A stretch of DNA of 64,000 nt. Source: Candidatus Nomurabacteria bacterium (GTDB lineage: Bacteria > Patescibacteriota > Saccharimonadia > JAGOAT01). Below are positions 62,219-64,000 of the stretch, in pieces; position 1 is the first letter of the stretch; every line of letters begins with the position of its first letter. The stretch is taken from positions 18,511 through 82,510 of the forward strand of contig JACKGM010000001.1 of assembly GCA_020639315.1 (NCBI GenBank), given 5' to 3'. The notes under the pieces were generated by a model. That model did not search any database. It saw nothing but the letters and a program-made list of their open reading frames with translations, and was not told the DNA's origin. The position numbers and the translations under genes are program-made.

Positions 62219-62291
62219 GATATTAGATCCCCCGTAATCCCCTATGAGGATTTGGAGGATGACAAAAGAGAGGCGGGTTCCGAAGGACGAC
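62219..62291 (-). repeat. Family-A unit plus half unit
   Basis: The rc reads GTCATCCTCCAAATCCTCATAGGGGATTACGGGGGATCTAATATCTCGC. Confidence 0.85.
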
Positions 62292-62315
62292 AATGTGAAG
62301 GCGGTAGATACATCA

Positions 62316-63368
62316 CTAATCACCAGCTTTAGCCTGGTGATGTCTTTTGAGATATTGACTGATTGACTCCTGAATCACACCTGCCACTGGCAAAGCCAAA
62401 AAGGCTCCCATCGGACCAGCAATCGAATTGCCAATAATAGCTGAGATGAAAGCTATCATCGGGTGCAATTCCATAGTCTTGGCAGTAATCTTGGGAGAAA
62501 TATAATAATTTTCCAATTGTTGATAAAGGATGATATAAACCACCACCACAATCATTGTGACTGGATTACCAGAAACTACCGCTACGATGATTGGCAAAAT
62601 TGCTGCTAGGTAAGTACCAATACTAGGAATAAACTGTGAGATAAACCCAAGCCAAATCGCCAAAGGTAAGGCAAAGTCTAGCCCCACCAGTATGAAGACA
62701 ACTAGCGCACAAATAGCCGAGATACTTCCGAGCAAAATTCGTGAATAAAAATATCCACCAGTCTTATCGATTGCAATTTCCCAGATTTCCAACAAAGTCT
62801 TCCGTCTTGCAGATGGCAAAAACTTTAAGATAAACCTTCTGAGCTTTGGAGCCTCAGCTGTCAAATAAAAGGTAAACATATATATAGTCAGAAATTGAAA
62901 AATTGAACTCAACATTTGCGACACCAGATCTACTGCACTAGTAGTAATACTCCCCGCATAACTTCGTAGATTGATATTCAGCCCCTCTGCTTCGGTCACT
63001 AGCTGATTAAGATCTAAATTATAGTCAAAGTGTTTATCCAAAAAATCCTGAATCGTAACAATAGTGTCTGGTAATTTATCAATTATACTACGCGCCTGGC
63101 TAATCAAGATTGGAATTACACCGATCACGATCACCATTATTAATCCTATACCCAGTGTCATACCAGCAAAAGTAGCCAATCCTCGCTTCCAGCCTTTATT
63201 TTCCAAGTAATTGACTAAGGGTTCTAGGGCTAGAGAAAAGATTGCCGAAATCACCAGCCAACTAATCAACCCTAGGTTGCGACCCAAAACCCACCAGAGG
63301 ATTAGCATTACTCCAGTAATAAAATAAAAGTTTACAATATACTTACGAAATAAACCTATGCTAATCAT
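62316..63368 (-). CDS. AI-2E family transporter (PerM/UPF0118)
   Basis: Multi-TM protein with a C-terminal ISPKITAKTMELHPMIAFISAIIGNSIAGPMGAFLALPVAGVI. Start placed at MISIGLF (63368), because TGATACAAT (rc 63377-63385) lies 8 nt upstream. Confidence 0.8.
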   Translation of the reverse strand: MISIGLFRKYIVNFYFITGVMLILWWVLGRNLGLISWLVISAIFSLALEPLVNYLENKGWKRGLATFAGMTLGIGLIMVIVIGVIPILISQARSIIDKLPDTIVTIQDFLDKHFDYNLDLNQLVTEAEGLNINLRSYAGSITTSAVDLVSQMLSSIFQFLTIYMFTFYLTAEAPKLRRFILKFLPSARRKTLLEIWEIAIDKTGGYFYSRILLGSISAICALVVFILVGLDFALPLAIWLGFISQFIPSIGTYLAAILPIIVAVVSGNPVTMIVVVVYIILYQQLENYYISPKITAKTMELHPMIAFISAIIGNSIAGPMGAFLALPVAGVIQESISQYLKRHHQAKAGD

Positions 63369-63622
63369 TTGATTAAATTGTATCATACATTGCAAGTTAA
63401 AAACTAATTGACCTAATATTTTGTACATTTCATACAGCTTGGGTTTGGCAGCAAGCTAGTTGTCCTCTTATCTACCAATCCTTGCTCGGTACTACCTACA
63501 GGTAAAAATTAACAACTCTAGTATTTAATGAATAAGTATTTTACTCTTATCAAAAATGCTGACTCTAGTCTGGGTGGTCAATTTACCAGCTTGATAGCTA
63601 CTACCCTACTACCCTATCAACT

Positions 63623-63786
63623 TATAGCATACCCAAAACAAAACCAGATAATTTGGGACTACTAATAAAGAGCTAGAAAGTTAGTTCTTTTTTGTGAACC
63701 TTACTTATAGTAAGGTGAATAGAAAAACTAGATTTGTAGACTTTAGTAGTGGGTCAAAAGGCTGGTTTTGTTTTGAGTATGCTATA
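63623..63786 (-). mobile_element. MITE family B, subfamily 2, full copy
   Basis: Near-identical to 39063-39226, with a handful of substitutions and a 1-nt indel in the centre. Confidence 0.9.
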
Positions 63787-64000
63787 CTACTATTATAACA
63801 TTTGGCTTAGGATTTTTATCAAAAAAGCAAACAATTTTGGCTAGATAATAAACTAAGTGACCAACAATCTGCCTAACTTTTGGCAAAAATAATAATGCCG
63901 TTGCTTGTAAAACAGCTCACAAAAGTATGATCGTAAATCGTCCAAATAAACACAACCAAAAACTTTCGACCAATTGGGGAATTCTTGGGGATCCAGAACT

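Overview
This is a 64-kb, gene-dense chromosomal window from a bacterium using the standard genetic code (TGA acts as a stop). The proteins are divergent and look like those of a small-genome Patescibacteria/CPR-type organism; that lineage call is inference only. I call about 66 protein-coding genes. Housekeeping genes include pepN, tgt, yhhQ-like, class I fba, a divergent gap-like gene, pyrC-pyrD-pyrF-pyrE, comM/yifB, proS, infC, rpmI-rplT, gmk, lysA-like, rnhA, pgeF-like, ogt, nadD, glmS, pepP-like, rsmI and trmH-like. There are also two type II toxin-antitoxin pairs, an envelope polysaccharide locus (DUF4012-like, GT4, priming sugar transferase), a NOX-like bis-haem flavoprotein with an ApbE flavin transferase and an FMN-binding protein, and many orphan ORFs. 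I found no rRNA, tRNA, CRISPR array, transposase, integrase or phage gene. The non-coding DNA is the unusual part, because almost every intergenic region is built from repeat families.
(1) A REP/REPIN-like hairpin unit (GTCATCCTC, stem-loop, GGGGATCCAGTATT) forms at least 14 clusters. Its stems change in a compensatory way, and it keeps a conserved bulged A and a strand-specific T-G pair.
(2) Eight twin-palindrome modules carry two identical 15-bp (7-1-7) palindromes exactly 44-45 bp apart. There are three palindrome types.
(3) Four unrelated foldback MITE families are all 161-166 bp long. One copy splits an ORF, and excising it restores the frame.
(4) A perfect 368-bp direct repeat brackets the gap-like gene, and a 147-bp direct repeat brackets a TA cassette.
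Most first-in-operon genes have an extended -10 box (TGNTAYAAT-like) ending 6-9 nt before the ATG, with no Shine-Dalgarno sequence. This implies widespread leaderless mRNAs. The infC-rpmI-rplT cluster is interrupted by a 2.5-kb opposite-strand island of orphan genes and MITEs. All functional calls rest on motifs I read in the translations; no database search was possible.
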